64,000 nucleotides of DNA from Candidatus Peregrinibacteria bacterium (GTDB taxonomy: Bacteria; Patescibacteriota; Gracilibacteria; UBA1369; LOWO2-01-FULL-3), in the NCBI GenBank assembly GCA_018654255.1, contig JABILX010000001.1:209695-273694 (forward strand). Direction: 5' to 3'. The notes below the pieces were generated by a model. That model did not search any database and had not been told where the DNA came from. It saw nothing but the letters and a program-made list of their open reading frames with translations. Made by a program: the position numbers and the translations under genes. Positions 53,227-63,833 of the stretch are shown here, one piece after another (position 1 is the first letter of the stretch; every line of letters starts with the position of its first letter).

Positions 53227-56200
53227 ATGAAAGGCCCAGAACATAACAGCGAAAAAGATCGTGAATGGGAAGACCATTTCGGAGATCCGCCAGATCCAAG
53301 AGATCCGGATGCTTTGAGGAAGAAGTTCGACCCCACAGACAGCTATACAAGCAACTGGCTAAGAAGTAACAACTTAATCAAAAGTGACTTTATCTGGCCA
53401 GGCCATGAAAGTCCTTTCGGAAAATCAGATCCCGAAGACGAAGAATTAGACGAGGATCTTCCAGTAGAAAGTTTGATAAAACGAGCTAGAAGAACAGGCG
53501 CAAGAATGCTTGGTATGAGAGGATATCAATCATCAGATTGGGGCTATTCAGCAGGTAAATATGAATTTGAAGAGCCAACGTTATACTCAGGAACAGTAAG
53601 AGGAAGTGACGAATCAATTAGTTTAAGATTGCCTAGAGGCATTAGCAATAGACGAGGCGGATGGAGCTTTGATGGCGATCCATATATCATGGAACATAGT
53701 GAAGCTCCGAAAGCATTTGATGTTGCTGAAGATTTGAAAATCCCAGAAATAGAAAAACACCAAGGATCAGTAGAAAAAAGCGAAGAATCCATAAGGATAA
53801 AATGCGGTAAAAGAAGAAGAGTGGAAATTACAGAGGACGAAATATCAGCGATGTTTTTTGACGCCACGACGAACAAGCGATTTGGGGTGTGGCAAGGATC
53901 ATATTTCAGTCCAGCTTTTTATAGAGAATTAATTTTAAGACAACTCGACGACCCGGAAGTAGACAAGGATAATCCATTCGAATGGGCACTAAAAAGAGCA
54001 GAAAAAGCGATCGCGTTTGTTGTGGCCAAAGGATTTGGAGACGAATTTTATATGGAATCAATCACAGGACCATTCAAATATCTCGCAAAAGATATTTGTA
54101 ATCTGCATCAACCAGAACTAGATATGCCAAGAGAATTTCCAAACACAGAAAAAACAAGAGAAATTTTTGAAAAACTTAAATTCAATGGCAAGGACCCAAC
54201 GCCAGAAACGTTAATATTTATATTATCAATACAAAAAGACCTTTTAATAGAAACACTTAGCAGAACATCAATAAGAGACAGCCTCAAAAAAATGCCAACC
54301 TGGTTGGAAAATGGGCTGGTAATAGACAGGGCAATTGAGTTATTTCAACTTCTCAAAACGAAAACGGGTAACAGCACAGGGAAAGCATTACTAAACGCCC
54401 TTCAAATAATAGATGGTATATACGGATCAAAAGGAGAAACGCCTTGGTATTTCCGGGAAAATCTGAATTTCAAAAATATTTTCTACGGCACAAAAATATT
54501 AGTAATGGATCCAGAAGAAGCCGTCAAATTAATGACAGATATAGGTAAAGAATCAGGGCCTGCATTCGAAAACACAATCAAAAACTATTTTTATGAAAAT
54601 ACAGGTGCAAAACTGGAAGAATTTATAGACAGAAAACAGGCGATAAAATTAGTGGCAAAAGTAACAAGACAGTACGGAATCAAAACCCCAAAAAGAGTAA
54701 AAAACATAATGCAAACTCTAGTAGAAAATTTAGCAGAAGTAAAAAGAGGAGAAAGAGAGAGCTTTATAGAAACATACATGAATCATATACTCAGCGAAGG
54801 TTTCGCGGACGAGATTGAATCATATCTACAGGGAGATGAATGCAAAATAAATCTGCCGGGCTTTAGTGTGTTGATGAAAGTTTTGTACGCGGGAGACCCT
54901 GAGGCGACAAAAGACTGCTTCGACATTACGGCAGACAGAGCTCAACTAAACTTACTTCAAGAAGGAGTAAATGCTCCATTAGAAAAAAGGGCAAACAGTA
55001 AGCCGGTCTTAAGAGACCAACGGTATTTAGAAACGCCACTGTTCAAGACAGGGGATGTTAGGCTTATGCTACCAGCTCCAACAGTCGAGGAAACAAAACA
55101 AATAGAAAAACACAGCCCTGAGCAGAGAAATATAATGCAAAGAATCCTAGAATTTTACGAAAACACAAGAAAAGAGCTTGGACACAGAAACATAAGCGAC
55201 GCTGTATACGCATATTTCACATTTTTTGCAGCAAAAATGCCTGATCCTTTTGCGCCACCAGAAGGATTAATGAAACTGGTGGAAAAGATAAGGCATATGC
55301 CTGAAACGGACAGGGTAAATGCAATGTTATTCGGCAACCCATTCAATGGGGAGAAGGAAAGAAAAACAAGGGAAATAATCCCAAGAAAAGTGATAAGGTT
55401 TGGTGCTTTGATGAATCTAGTGAATGCATGGTTGGAAGGATCAATAGAAGAAGAATATTTCATGGGAATAATAAAATTTTTGTTGTCTAAAGACTTTACA
55501 GTTAGAAACGAGGAAACTTTTGAAGAATATTTAGAAAGGCATTTGCAACTATCACTGAGAAGTTTTGAGCGTGAACAAGAATATTTGAGAGAACACCCCG
55601 AAGATAGACACTCTTCAGACGATGAAAGCGAGAAGGATGTGATTAAAAGATTTGCAGAAGAAACAGACCATTACAGAGAAAGATATGATGACAAAACCTA
55701 CAAGTTGAAAAACGGTGAGCAAGAAAGAAGAGTAAATAATTTCGTAAGATACATGAGTGCATACGCTGAGTTCAAAGAAGTATTAGACATGATTGATATA
55801 GAAGCAATAACTAGAGGAGATTTCCTCAAAGGGCTTATGGAAAAAATGTTAGAACAACACCCGGATGAAAGAATATTGCCAAACAAAACTTTATTGGAAG
55901 AACTTAGGCTGTATAGCGAAGAAATGGCAGAGCAAGAGAAAAAAGAACAGGCCATCGACACAGAGGAGAATGTAGAATTCAGTGTGATTTTTGGAGAGCA
56001 AGAAGAAGGAGAATTTGATGCAAAAGATTATGAAGAATTCGTGAAACAAAAAGTATCGGATTGGTCTGGTCTACTCGGAGAAAGAGAGGTGAGTTTTGCA
56101 AAATATTTGGAATCAATAATCGGCAAACACGGAATACCAGAAGCGATAGAAAAACTAAAAAGCGATTTAGCTAAAGAGTCTTCTCAAAAAGAAAGACAGA

Positions 56201-57804
56201 ACATGATCTTTCAATTTTTTGGTGAATTAAAAATGTTACAAACACTTCAATCATTGGCAGAAGCTGTATTGAAAGAAATCACAGACAGATTAAATGACGA
56301 AGGTGAAGAAGGAATTGATATTGAGAACATAGACAATTTAGCAATAGAAGACCTGATTGCAGCACACAAATTGACAGAATTGGAAAGGGAAAAAATGGGA
56401 AGAATGCATAGACAATTGGAAGCTTTGGAGGGTGTACTAGAAACAACATGGGATAAAGGATTGCCAGAAAAACAAATAAAAGGATTCGAATACGTGCCTA
56501 AATCACTCGCTGAAAGCCTTTTAAGACCAATAACCAGGGTGAAAGAAATGCTTGCAATTATAGCGGCAATATCAGACATAAGAACAATGGTAGGTGAACA
56601 TATCGATCAGAAAAGAGCTGGGGCTGAAGTTAAAAAAGAAGATGAGAAAATGGTAAGGCAAATACAAGAAGCTACCAGAACAACGATGAGCGTGATCTCG
56701 ACCATCTCGGCAATGTTCTATCACGATCAACTGCAAAATTTGATGGATCAAAAGGCACTACCAGATAACGTAATAGTATTTCCTGGAGCCAATTCATTAG
56801 TGGCGACAGACTCGGCAAGATTAGGAGAAGAAGCTTTGATGACAGCTCAACAAATAAGAGAAAAGGTTGTAAAAAGGGCAAGCCAAGATATGCCTAGAAT
56901 CGATAGTTGGATAGAAAATATAAGAACGGAAGAAATAGGATTATTTCCAGTTGGAGCAAAAATACACGTGATACACCCAGTGAATCAAAGAGTATTCGAA
57001 AAAATAAAAAGATTACTGGGACTGAATTCAACACCATTCAGACTGATCCACGCAGGGGAATCAATAGTAATCCCACCAACAGTAACAGCAAAAGAATTAT
57101 CTGTATTTTTATTCAGTCTACAACAACTAGGATTGATAGACCCAGAATATCCAGAACTGCAAATATGCGGGCCAGGAAGAATATCAAACGATAATGCAGC
57201 GATAACAGGTAGTGCAATACTTCTTTCAACAGAAGTTGGAAAACACTATCCAAGAGACGCTTTTGTCACAACACACAGTCAAACTGGCACAAGAATGATG
57301 GCATACGACGCGGGAATTTATGACACGAATTTCCCATATATGACAAAACCAGACGGCGAAAAAGTAGAAGGAAGAACGGACATACAAGGAAGAAGATCAA
57401 TTAAAGATATAGACACATACAGACTGCTTCATACAGTAGTAGCACATACCGAATTCGACATGGTTTTTGCAGACATTGGTAGATGGTTCATACCAGCTTA
57501 TAGAAGGTTGCTGATAAAATACGACATGGCAGACGTACTGGACGCAAAATGGATAATGGATCCGCGCACATATGAAGACTACAGTACAAAAAACGCAGAC
57601 CAAAATCGCCACTATGAAGTGATACAAAAATGTACGAACGCATATTTTGAATGTGCTGACGGGGAAAATGATATAGTATATGCGGTACGAGATCTAATCC
57701 AAGAGCTAGCAGAAAAAGTAAGAGAAAGACAAGAAGAGATAAAAGCAAATCCAGACAAATACGAACACCTTATCAAAGACTGGAAACTAGCAAAAAATTT
57801 CTAA
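53227..57804 (+). CDS. very large (1,525 aa) cytoplasmic orphan protein
   Basis: Uninterrupted ORF with no TM helix, no signal peptide and no motif I recognise. Confidence 0.75.
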   Translation: MKGPEHNSEKDREWEDHFGDPPDPRDPDALRKKFDPTDSYTSNWLRSNNLIKSDFIWPGHESPFGKSDPEDEELDEDLPVESLIKRARRTGARMLGMRGYQSSDWGYSAGKYEFEEPTLYSGTVRGSDESISLRLPRGISNRRGGWSFDGDPYIMEHSEAPKAFDVAEDLKIPEIEKHQGSVEKSEESIRIKCGKRRRVEITEDEISAMFFDATTNKRFGVWQGSYFSPAFYRELILRQLDDPEVDKDNPFEWALKRAEKAIAFVVAKGFGDEFYMESITGPFKYLAKDICNLHQPELDMPREFPNTEKTREIFEKLKFNGKDPTPETLIFILSIQKDLLIETLSRTSIRDSLKKMPTWLENGLVIDRAIELFQLLKTKTGNSTGKALLNALQIIDGIYGSKGETPWYFRENLNFKNIFYGTKILVMDPEEAVKLMTDIGKESGPAFENTIKNYFYENTGAKLEEFIDRKQAIKLVAKVTRQYGIKTPKRVKNIMQTLVENLAEVKRGERESFIETYMNHILSEGFADEIESYLQGDECKINLPGFSVLMKVLYAGDPEATKDCFDITADRAQLNLLQEGVNAPLEKRANSKPVLRDQRYLETPLFKTGDVRLMLPAPTVEETKQIEKHSPEQRNIMQRILEFYENTRKELGHRNISDAVYAYFTFFAAKMPDPFAPPEGLMKLVEKIRHMPETDRVNAMLFGNPFNGEKERKTREIIPRKVIRFGALMNLVNAWLEGSIEEEYFMGIIKFLLSKDFTVRNEETFEEYLERHLQLSLRSFEREQEYLREHPEDRHSSDDESEKDVIKRFAEETDHYRERYDDKTYKLKNGEQERRVNNFVRYMSAYAEFKEVLDMIDIEAITRGDFLKGLMEKMLEQHPDERILPNKTLLEELRLYSEEMAEQEKKEQAIDTEENVEFSVIFGEQEEGEFDAKDYEEFVKQKVSDWSGLLGEREVSFAKYLESIIGKHGIPEAIEKLKSDLAKESSQKERQNMIFQFFGELKMLQTLQSLAEAVLKEITDRLNDEGEEGIDIENIDNLAIEDLIAAHKLTELEREKMGRMHRQLEALEGVLETTWDKGLPEKQIKGFEYVPKSLAESLLRPITRVKEMLAIIAAISDIRTMVGEHIDQKRAGAEVKKEDEKMVRQIQEATRTTMSVISTISAMFYHDQLQNLMDQKALPDNVIVFPGANSLVATDSARLGEEALMTAQQIREKVVKRASQDMPRIDSWIENIRTEEIGLFPVGAKIHVIHPVNQRVFEKIKRLLGLNSTPFRLIHAGESIVIPPTVTAKELSVFLFSLQQLGLIDPEYPELQICGPGRISNDNAAITGSAILLSTEVGKHYPRDAFVTTHSQTGTRMMAYDAGIYDTNFPYMTKPDGEKVEGRTDIQGRRSIKDIDTYRLLHTVVAHTEFDMVFADIGRWFIPAYRRLLIKYDMADVLDAKWIMDPRTYEDYSTKNADQNRHYEVIQKCTNAYFECADGENDIVYAVRDLIQELAEKVRERQEEIKANPDKYEHLIKDWKLAKNF

Positions 57805-57823
57805 AACATATAACCAACTTAAT

Positions 57824-58090
57824 ATGACATCACTACACAAACACCTCGATGAGACTGGCGAAAATGCTGGGAAGGAGGTGATGGTCGATGGAGGAGAAGC
57901 AACAGCAAATCTCCACGCCCACGACGCCATGCCTTTCCCAATCGCTGCAACAGGCGGTCAAATGAGAACCCAAACTGCGGCTGCTCTAGGACTCCCTATC
58001 AGACCAGAATCTGATGAAAATACAACAGAAACTAACGACGGGGCATTGCCTGTAAATCGAGAAGAAGATAAAATCGCTTCCAAAGGATAA
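57824..58090 (+). CDS. hypothetical protein (88 aa)
   Basis: Small ORF 19 nt after the previous stop. Confidence 0.45.
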   Translation: MTSLHKHLDETGENAGKEVMVDGGEATANLHAHDAMPFPIAATGGQMRTQTAAALGLPIRPESDENTTETNDGALPVNREEDKIASKG

Positions 58091-58123
58091 ATCCTTTAGG
58101 TAAGAAATTAATCTAAATTAAAC

Positions 58124-59752
58124 ATGGTTTGCGGAGGACACAGACATCTAGGCGGAGCGGAAGCCAGGACAATACCAGAGCGCCAAATCCCAAGAACTAG
58201 GCAGAAGAGAACTGGAAAAGGGAAAAAACATCCTCAACTTACTGCTAGCGCAGGTGCTACAGCAGAAGTAGCGACCCCAGCTCCACAAGCTCCAGAAGCA
58301 AAGCCAGATAAAAAGGCTGGAGGAATAATTCAATCTGCTCGAGAAAAAGCCGGACAAGTCCTCAGAGCAGTTACAGGCAACACAGGAACACAACAACCAC
58401 CAAGAAAAGCGGAGGTTATTTCTTTGCCACCTCCAAGCCTTACAGAACCGCAAAAATCACTAGTAACAAGATACTTAAACAAAGAAATCCAAGACGAAGT
58501 CGAAGCAAACAACGGAAGAATGCTCCCCGAAACAGCAGTAGCAGCTCTAAAGAGACAAGCAAGAGACCGCTTCAACGATTGTAAAAACTTCAGCGAAGAA
58601 GATGAGCGATATCTAGATTCACACATTGTCACAACGATCCTGAAAGAAGTAGAAGCGCAGAAACCACTAAACCCACTATCAGAACCGCAAAAGAAAAAAC
58701 TACTACCTGCAATTACAAAACGTATAAATCAAGCACTATGTCGACACATAAGCAAGGTATCAAAATTAAGAGAACTTGGAATAGAAGGAGCTCTCATAGA
58801 TTGTGATATAGCAGAAGTCACAGAAGCAGACATGCAATGGCTCCAAGGCCAAGCAACAAGGATCCATAAAGAACTCACGGCAGAAAGAGGCCCTGTCAAA
58901 AAACCACTAACAAAAGCAAAGAGAGCAAGAATTCAAGCAGAAAATAGAGAGAATTTAGAAACAAAACTAAGAGTATTAAAAAGACCATTAACAGACAAAG
59001 AACTAGTAAATCATGTTGATGCGATGCTTAGAAGAGTGAAACTGGAGAGAAAGGACGTTGACGACAAAGACATAGTATGGCTCGAAGAATTGGCCAAAAC
59101 AACTCACTCGGAATTCGCGAAAGCATTCTTGCCACAAGAGCCAGAAGCAGTCGCAACAGAGATCAGGGAAGAGGTAACAGCCACAGTTGAAATTCCGCCA
59201 AAACCAACGCCACCACCAAAACCAATGCCACAACCACGTCGCGAATCTCCACAACCGAAACCAACACCACAACCACGTCGCGAATCTCCACAACCGAAAC
59301 CAACACCACGACCACCTCGTGAACAACCACGCCAACACAGAGCTCCAGCCCCACAACAACCAGTAGTTAAAACAGCTAGCCCAGAAGCTTCAAGACAGGC
59401 CTACATGAACAGAATAAAAGAAGATCTTTTAAGAGGCCAGGAAGCAAGAGAAGCAAGAAAAACAGGAGTAGCACAACCACAACTAGAATCTCGCGAATCT
59501 ATCCATCCAGCACTAGCGGCATTGAAAGAAGTACAAACAGAAGAACCACGATACAGAGGAAAACAGCCATCACAGAGAAGAGTGAGACAAAAGTGGCAGG
59601 CAAAGTCACTAAACTTCATAGGCAGTAAAATGAATTACTTTCCTAGTGGAAGAAACATCGAAGAGAAAAAAATAGATTTACGAAGAACCTTGATAGAAAG
59701 ATTCAGCAGAGATGAATTCATGAAACACGCTCCAAACTTCTTGAGAAGCTAA
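58124..59752 (+). CDS. basic, Pro-rich hypothetical protein (542 aa) with tandem PQPRRESPQPKPT repeat
   Basis: A perfect 39-nt tandem duplication at 59228-59266 and 59267-59305 lies inside the ORF. Confidence 0.6.
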   Translation: MVCGGHRHLGGAEARTIPERQIPRTRQKRTGKGKKHPQLTASAGATAEVATPAPQAPEAKPDKKAGGIIQSAREKAGQVLRAVTGNTGTQQPPRKAEVISLPPPSLTEPQKSLVTRYLNKEIQDEVEANNGRMLPETAVAALKRQARDRFNDCKNFSEEDERYLDSHIVTTILKEVEAQKPLNPLSEPQKKKLLPAITKRINQALCRHISKVSKLRELGIEGALIDCDIAEVTEADMQWLQGQATRIHKELTAERGPVKKPLTKAKRARIQAENRENLETKLRVLKRPLTDKELVNHVDAMLRRVKLERKDVDDKDIVWLEELAKTTHSEFAKAFLPQEPEAVATEIREEVTATVEIPPKPTPPPKPMPQPRRESPQPKPTPQPRRESPQPKPTPRPPREQPRQHRAPAPQQPVVKTASPEASRQAYMNRIKEDLLRGQEAREARKTGVAQPQLESRESIHPALAALKEVQTEEPRYRGKQPSQRRVRQKWQAKSLNFIGSKMNYFPSGRNIEEKKIDLRRTLIERFSRDEFMKHAPNFLRS

Positions 59753-59818
59753 AAATTGCCTTCTTAAAACTTTTTGCTACAATAGAAAAAAGCAAAAATC
59801 TTTTTAACGCACGTAAAC

Positions 59819-60796
59819 TTGAAATACCTCAAAGTCCGCATCCCAGGTGAGACAATTGAAATTCCATATTTGAAAATAAAAGGCAAAAAAGGTGATCAAA
59901 GATGCATTATCGCAGGAGGTATGCACGGAGACGAAGTGAATGGAATTGCATTAGTTCAACGATTTCTCGAATACTGCAAAAAAAAGGACATCGAAAATCA
60001 TCTCAGAGGAGAATTAATAATCTTCCCAATTCTCAACGAAAGTGGATTTAAAAACCATCAAAGAAATGTTGCATACGACAACAAAGATTTGAACCGTTGC
60101 TTCAACAAAAAAGGGAAAACTGCAAGTATAAAAATAGCTAACGCCCTCGAAAAACAATTCTTTTCAAAATGCGACATTGCAATCGACTGCCACGACTCAG
60201 GCAAACGAAACATCCTCATCCCGCACACACGTGTACACGGATATGAGAAACGAACTTGCGCCGAATGCACGAAAGAAATGGCAAAAGCATTCGGATCAAA
60301 ATTGATTATCGAACGCGACGGTAAACGCGGAATGCTAGCTGTTGAAATGATGAAGCAACACGGAATACCAGTCCTCACCATAGAAATTGGAGGCGCACTC
60401 AAAGTCGCAGACAAATTTCTAGACAAGGGCCTAGAAGGAATTATCAATGTTTTAAAATACGTTCGCATGTTGCCTGGCAATCCAAAAATCCCTCAAAAGC
60501 AGTATTATCTTCGAGACAGATACGGTGTGTTAGCAAAAGATTCAGGCCTAATCAGATTCAAGAAGAAACTCGGACAACGTGTTCACAGAGGTGATTTTAT
60601 AGGGGATATTTATGTCCCAACAAAAGCAAAATCATACAATTTGATTTCTCCAGTCTGCGGACTTCTTTTCTCACTCCAACACTCAGACCAAATAGCCAAA
60701 GGCGAGATCATGTATTCAATATTGGAAGACAAAAAATGCCACGTCAGACGTCAGACAGTACAACACTTCGAAGAGATCAAGAATATTGAGATGTAG
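59819..60796 (+). CDS. succinylglutamate desuccinylase/aspartoacylase (AstE/AspA, M14-like) family protein
   Basis: IIAGGMHGDEVNG zinc-binding motif. TTG start as given by the track. Confidence 0.7.
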   Translation: MKYLKVRIPGETIEIPYLKIKGKKGDQRCIIAGGMHGDEVNGIALVQRFLEYCKKKDIENHLRGELIIFPILNESGFKNHQRNVAYDNKDLNRCFNKKGKTASIKIANALEKQFFSKCDIAIDCHDSGKRNILIPHTRVHGYEKRTCAECTKEMAKAFGSKLIIERDGKRGMLAVEMMKQHGIPVLTIEIGGALKVADKFLDKGLEGIINVLKYVRMLPGNPKIPQKQYYLRDRYGVLAKDSGLIRFKKKLGQRVHRGDFIGDIYVPTKAKSYNLISPVCGLLFSLQHSDQIAKGEIMYSILEDKKCHVRRQTVQHFEEIKNIEM

Positions 60797-60930
60797 TGGG
60801 TGAGATGGTATAATATAAACGGTATAAATCTTAGTTGATTGAATACCAGTGGTGGAGCTGTAAAATTAAAAGGTATCAACTCTCGGAAAGAGACTGCCGA
60901 GTAAAAAACCCCGCATTGCGCGGGGTTTTT
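60786..60930 (+). ncRNA. candidate ~110-nt small RNA (promoter to terminator)
   Basis: TTGAGA-N17-TATAAT (60786-60814, with TG at 60806-60807). Terminator at 60903-60930. No ORF lies between them. Confidence 0.3.
60903..60930. terminator. bidirectional rho-independent terminator
   Basis: aaaaaaCCCCGCattgcGCGGGGttttt, with an A-run and a T-run on either side. Confidence 0.7.
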
Positions 60931-60942
60931 AGTTGTCAATAA

Positions 60943-61016
60943 GTGGTGGAACCGTCGGGAATCGAACCTGGACCCGGAGAGGTATTAACTCTCGGGGCAG
61001 ACCACTGCCAACCCCA
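60943..61016 (-). other. tRNA-like / tmRNA-3-prime-like fragment ending ...GGTTCGATTCCCGACGGTTCCACCA
   Basis: The minus strand has a T-loop GGTTCGATT and terminal CCACCA, followed by the terminator. I could not fold a canonical cloverleaf: the T-stem is imperfect and the acceptor would need four G-U pairs. A second partial copy ends ACAGCTCCACCA at 60852-60863. Confidence 0.3.
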
Positions 61017-61218
61017 CATTATTGACGCATAAAAATTAGCATTCGAAACTTACAAACTTCTCAATTTAAACTTAAATTTTTCTTAAAAAAACATTACATA
61101 ATCATTACCTCCAGCTCTCAACCCCAAACTACCCCAATAATTTGACATACAACTTACGAAAAGAGAAAATAACCTCCAAACAAAATTTATCAAACAAAAA
61201 CCTTAACCCTTCTTCCCA

Positions 61219-61626
61219 ATGACAATCTTAAACGCTGTAACAGAAAAACTCGCAACTCGACCATTCCAATCTCCAGAATCACAAGAAAAAATCGGTGAAA
61301 TTATTCAAGCATTGGGTGTCATCAAAGAAAAAATTAAATCAAGATTGTCACGGGCCATTAATCCAAAGAGTACAAGGCATTTAGTACACGAAGAGAGCGG
61401 GGAGTTTTTATGCCAGGGCTGTAATGGGACAGCAATGGAAGCGATGAGATGTTTGAGCGATACTCTGCCTCTTTACGAATTTTTACACAAAAAAGGAGAC
61501 CCAATTTGGCACGACCAAAGGTTAATAGTGGATGCAGTCAAGGAATGTGCAGGAGGCATAATTAAAGAGACTGTTACAGACAAAGATGGGGATAGGAAAG
61601 TAGTTGGGGGGATGATCACTACATAG
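61219..61626 (+). CDS. hypothetical protein (135 aa)
   Basis: Clean ORF with a CQGC motif only. Confidence 0.5.
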   Translation: MTILNAVTEKLATRPFQSPESQEKIGEIIQALGVIKEKIKSRLSRAINPKSTRHLVHEESGEFLCQGCNGTAMEAMRCLSDTLPLYEFLHKKGDPIWHDQRLIVDAVKECAGGIIKETVTDKDGDRKVVGGMITT

Positions 61627-61692
61627 AGTGCTTCCACAAAAACGGGGTCAAGTAGTATTCACTTCTCATGAAACAAGTGGTATAAAGCACAC

Positions 61693-62397
61693 ATGCCACC
61701 AAAACCACCAAAGACACTATTCGAAGACGATCACCTACTCGCAATCAGTAAACCGCGAGGCCTATTAACAGTTGGTAGTAAACCTGGCCAAAAAAACCTC
61801 CTAGATCAACTCAAAACTCACTACCAGAAACAAAGCATTCGTATAAGACCCTTAAACCGCCTCGATCGCGGAACTTCGGGCATCGTACTCTTCGCAAAAA
61901 CGAGAGAATGCTTCGAGAAAGCCCTTATAGGTTTCAATTCAACTCAAACTCAAAAAACATACATAGCATTAGTAAAAGGAGTTCCAAAACGTCGTTCAGG
62001 GTCAATAACTTTCCCCTTACAATCACGCCAAGACAAAAGAAAACTCCTCAAAGCAAAAACCAAATATTCAGTATTGGACTCAAAACGCATTGGCAAAGGG
62101 GCATTATCTCTAGTAGAAGCAAGAATATCGTCAGGTAGATACCACCAAATCCGCATCCACTTTACGAAAATCCACCACCCACTCCTGATGGATCGCGATT
62201 ACATGGAACGCAGAGACTACAAATACTGGGCACAAGTCGTATCATTCCGACACTTCTTCCTCCATTCAGCAAAACTCACGTTTACTCACTTCATAACAGG
62301 TGAAGAAATAACAATAGAAGACACTCTTCCAAAGGAATTCAGGAAGACTTTGAAGCTTTTTGACCTGAATTCTAAGCCTAAAAAAAACCGAACTTAA
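61693..62397 (+). CDS. RluA-family pseudouridine synthase
   Basis: LNRLDRGTSGIVLFAK and GRYHQIRIH motifs. Confidence 0.85.
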   Translation: MPPKPPKTLFEDDHLLAISKPRGLLTVGSKPGQKNLLDQLKTHYQKQSIRIRPLNRLDRGTSGIVLFAKTRECFEKALIGFNSTQTQKTYIALVKGVPKRRSGSITFPLQSRQDKRKLLKAKTKYSVLDSKRIGKGALSLVEARISSGRYHQIRIHFTKIHHPLLMDRDYMERRDYKYWAQVVSFRHFFLHSAKLTFTHFITGEEITIEDTLPKEFRKTLKLFDLNSKPKKNRT

Positions 62398-62407
62398 GTG
62401 GGGCCTT

Positions 62408-62792
<385 letters not shown>

Positions 62793-62877
62793 CAGCGAAA
62801 AGTTGCCAAAGGCAACCTTTTCGCGCGAACCCTGCCTCAAGCAGGGTGAGCCGAATACCCACTAAACCATTATATTA

Positions 62878-63384
62878 ATGGACCTAATAGATAAACTAGG
62901 TATAGACCTAAAGTTGCTTATAGCTCAGGCTGTCAACTTCCTGATCTTACTCGCAATCCTTACAAAGCTAGTCTACAAGCCAATCCTGAAGGTTCTCGAC
63001 AAAAGAAAAAAGATGATCGAGGACAACGTCAAGAATACAGAAGAAATAGATAAGAGACTTGAGAAAATTGAACAAGAAAAAGACAAAATCATGGCAGAAG
63101 CATCTGAAGCAGCGATGGCAGCCGTAGAAAAAGCTAAAAAGGAAGCAGAAGAAGAGAAACAAAAGATCCTCATTAATGCTAAGAAGGAGATTTCAAGCTT
63201 AGCAGAAAGATACAGAGGTCAGCTTCAAGAAGAAAAGAAGCAAATGTTTCAGGAAATAAAGGAAGAAGTAGCCGCACTAATCGTTCAAAGTAGTGAAAAA
63301 ATCATCAGAAAAGAATTCAAAAAAGATGATCAATCACGACTAGAAGAGGCGATCAAAGACGAGCTTAAATCAACAAAGTTATAA
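62878..63384 (+). CDS. atpF: F0F1 ATP synthase subunit b
   Basis: N-terminal TM helix followed by a long charged helix. Position in the operon. Confidence 0.8.
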   Translation: MDLIDKLGIDLKLLIAQAVNFLILLAILTKLVYKPILKVLDKRKKMIEDNVKNTEEIDKRLEKIEQEKDKIMAEASEAAMAAVEKAKKEAEEEKQKILINAKKEISSLAERYRGQLQEEKKQMFQEIKEEVAALIVQSSEKIIRKEFKKDDQSRLEEAIKDELKSTKL

Positions 63385-63409
63385 ACCGCGGCTTTAGCCG
63401 CACACATAA

Positions 63410-63814
63410 ATGAAAGTCACAACCGCAAAATACGCGCAGGCGTTGGCTGAAGTCCTAAAGGACGAAAAAGACGCAAAAGAAATTGAGCAAAAAATTCAAA
63501 ATTTGCTCAAACTTTTGACCAAAAGAAAACAAGGGAAATTGATAAAAGAACTTCCTGAAGTTTTCAAAAAAGCTTGGTTAAGCCAAAAAGGGCAGCTTGA
63601 AGTAAATGTTACTCTTCCATACAAGCCAACCGACCAAGACAAACTGAAAATTGTAAGACTACTGACAGAAGCTCTAAATAAAGAGGTGATTATATCGATA
63701 AAAGTAGACGAAGAAATTCTAGGAGGAATGAAGATTGAATTTGGAGACTATATAATAGACGGAACTGTGCTCAAGAATTTGGAAATGCTCAAAAACTCAA
63801 TTGCTAATAAATAA
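63410..63814 (+). CDS. atpH: F0F1 ATP synthase subunit delta (short, 134 aa)
   Basis: Position between atpF and atpA. C-terminal ILGGMKIEFGDYIIDGTV is typical of delta/OSCP. Confidence 0.7.
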   Translation: MKVTTAKYAQALAEVLKDEKDAKEIEQKIQNLLKLLTKRKQGKLIKELPEVFKKAWLSQKGQLEVNVTLPYKPTDQDKLKIVRLLTEALNKEVIISIKVDEEILGGMKIEFGDYIIDGTVLKNLEMLKNSIANK

Positions 63815-63833
63815 ATAATTAAACTTAAAAATT

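Noticed and set aside
60852-61125. Standard one-piece tmRNA (ssrA) on the minus strand
   Set aside because: The candidate spans about 180-275 nt and lacks the conserved 5-prime GG..TTCGAC segment. It has no plausible tag reading frame ending in Ala-Ala-stop, and a terminator lies inside it. I kept it only as an unresolved tRNA/tmRNA-like fragment.
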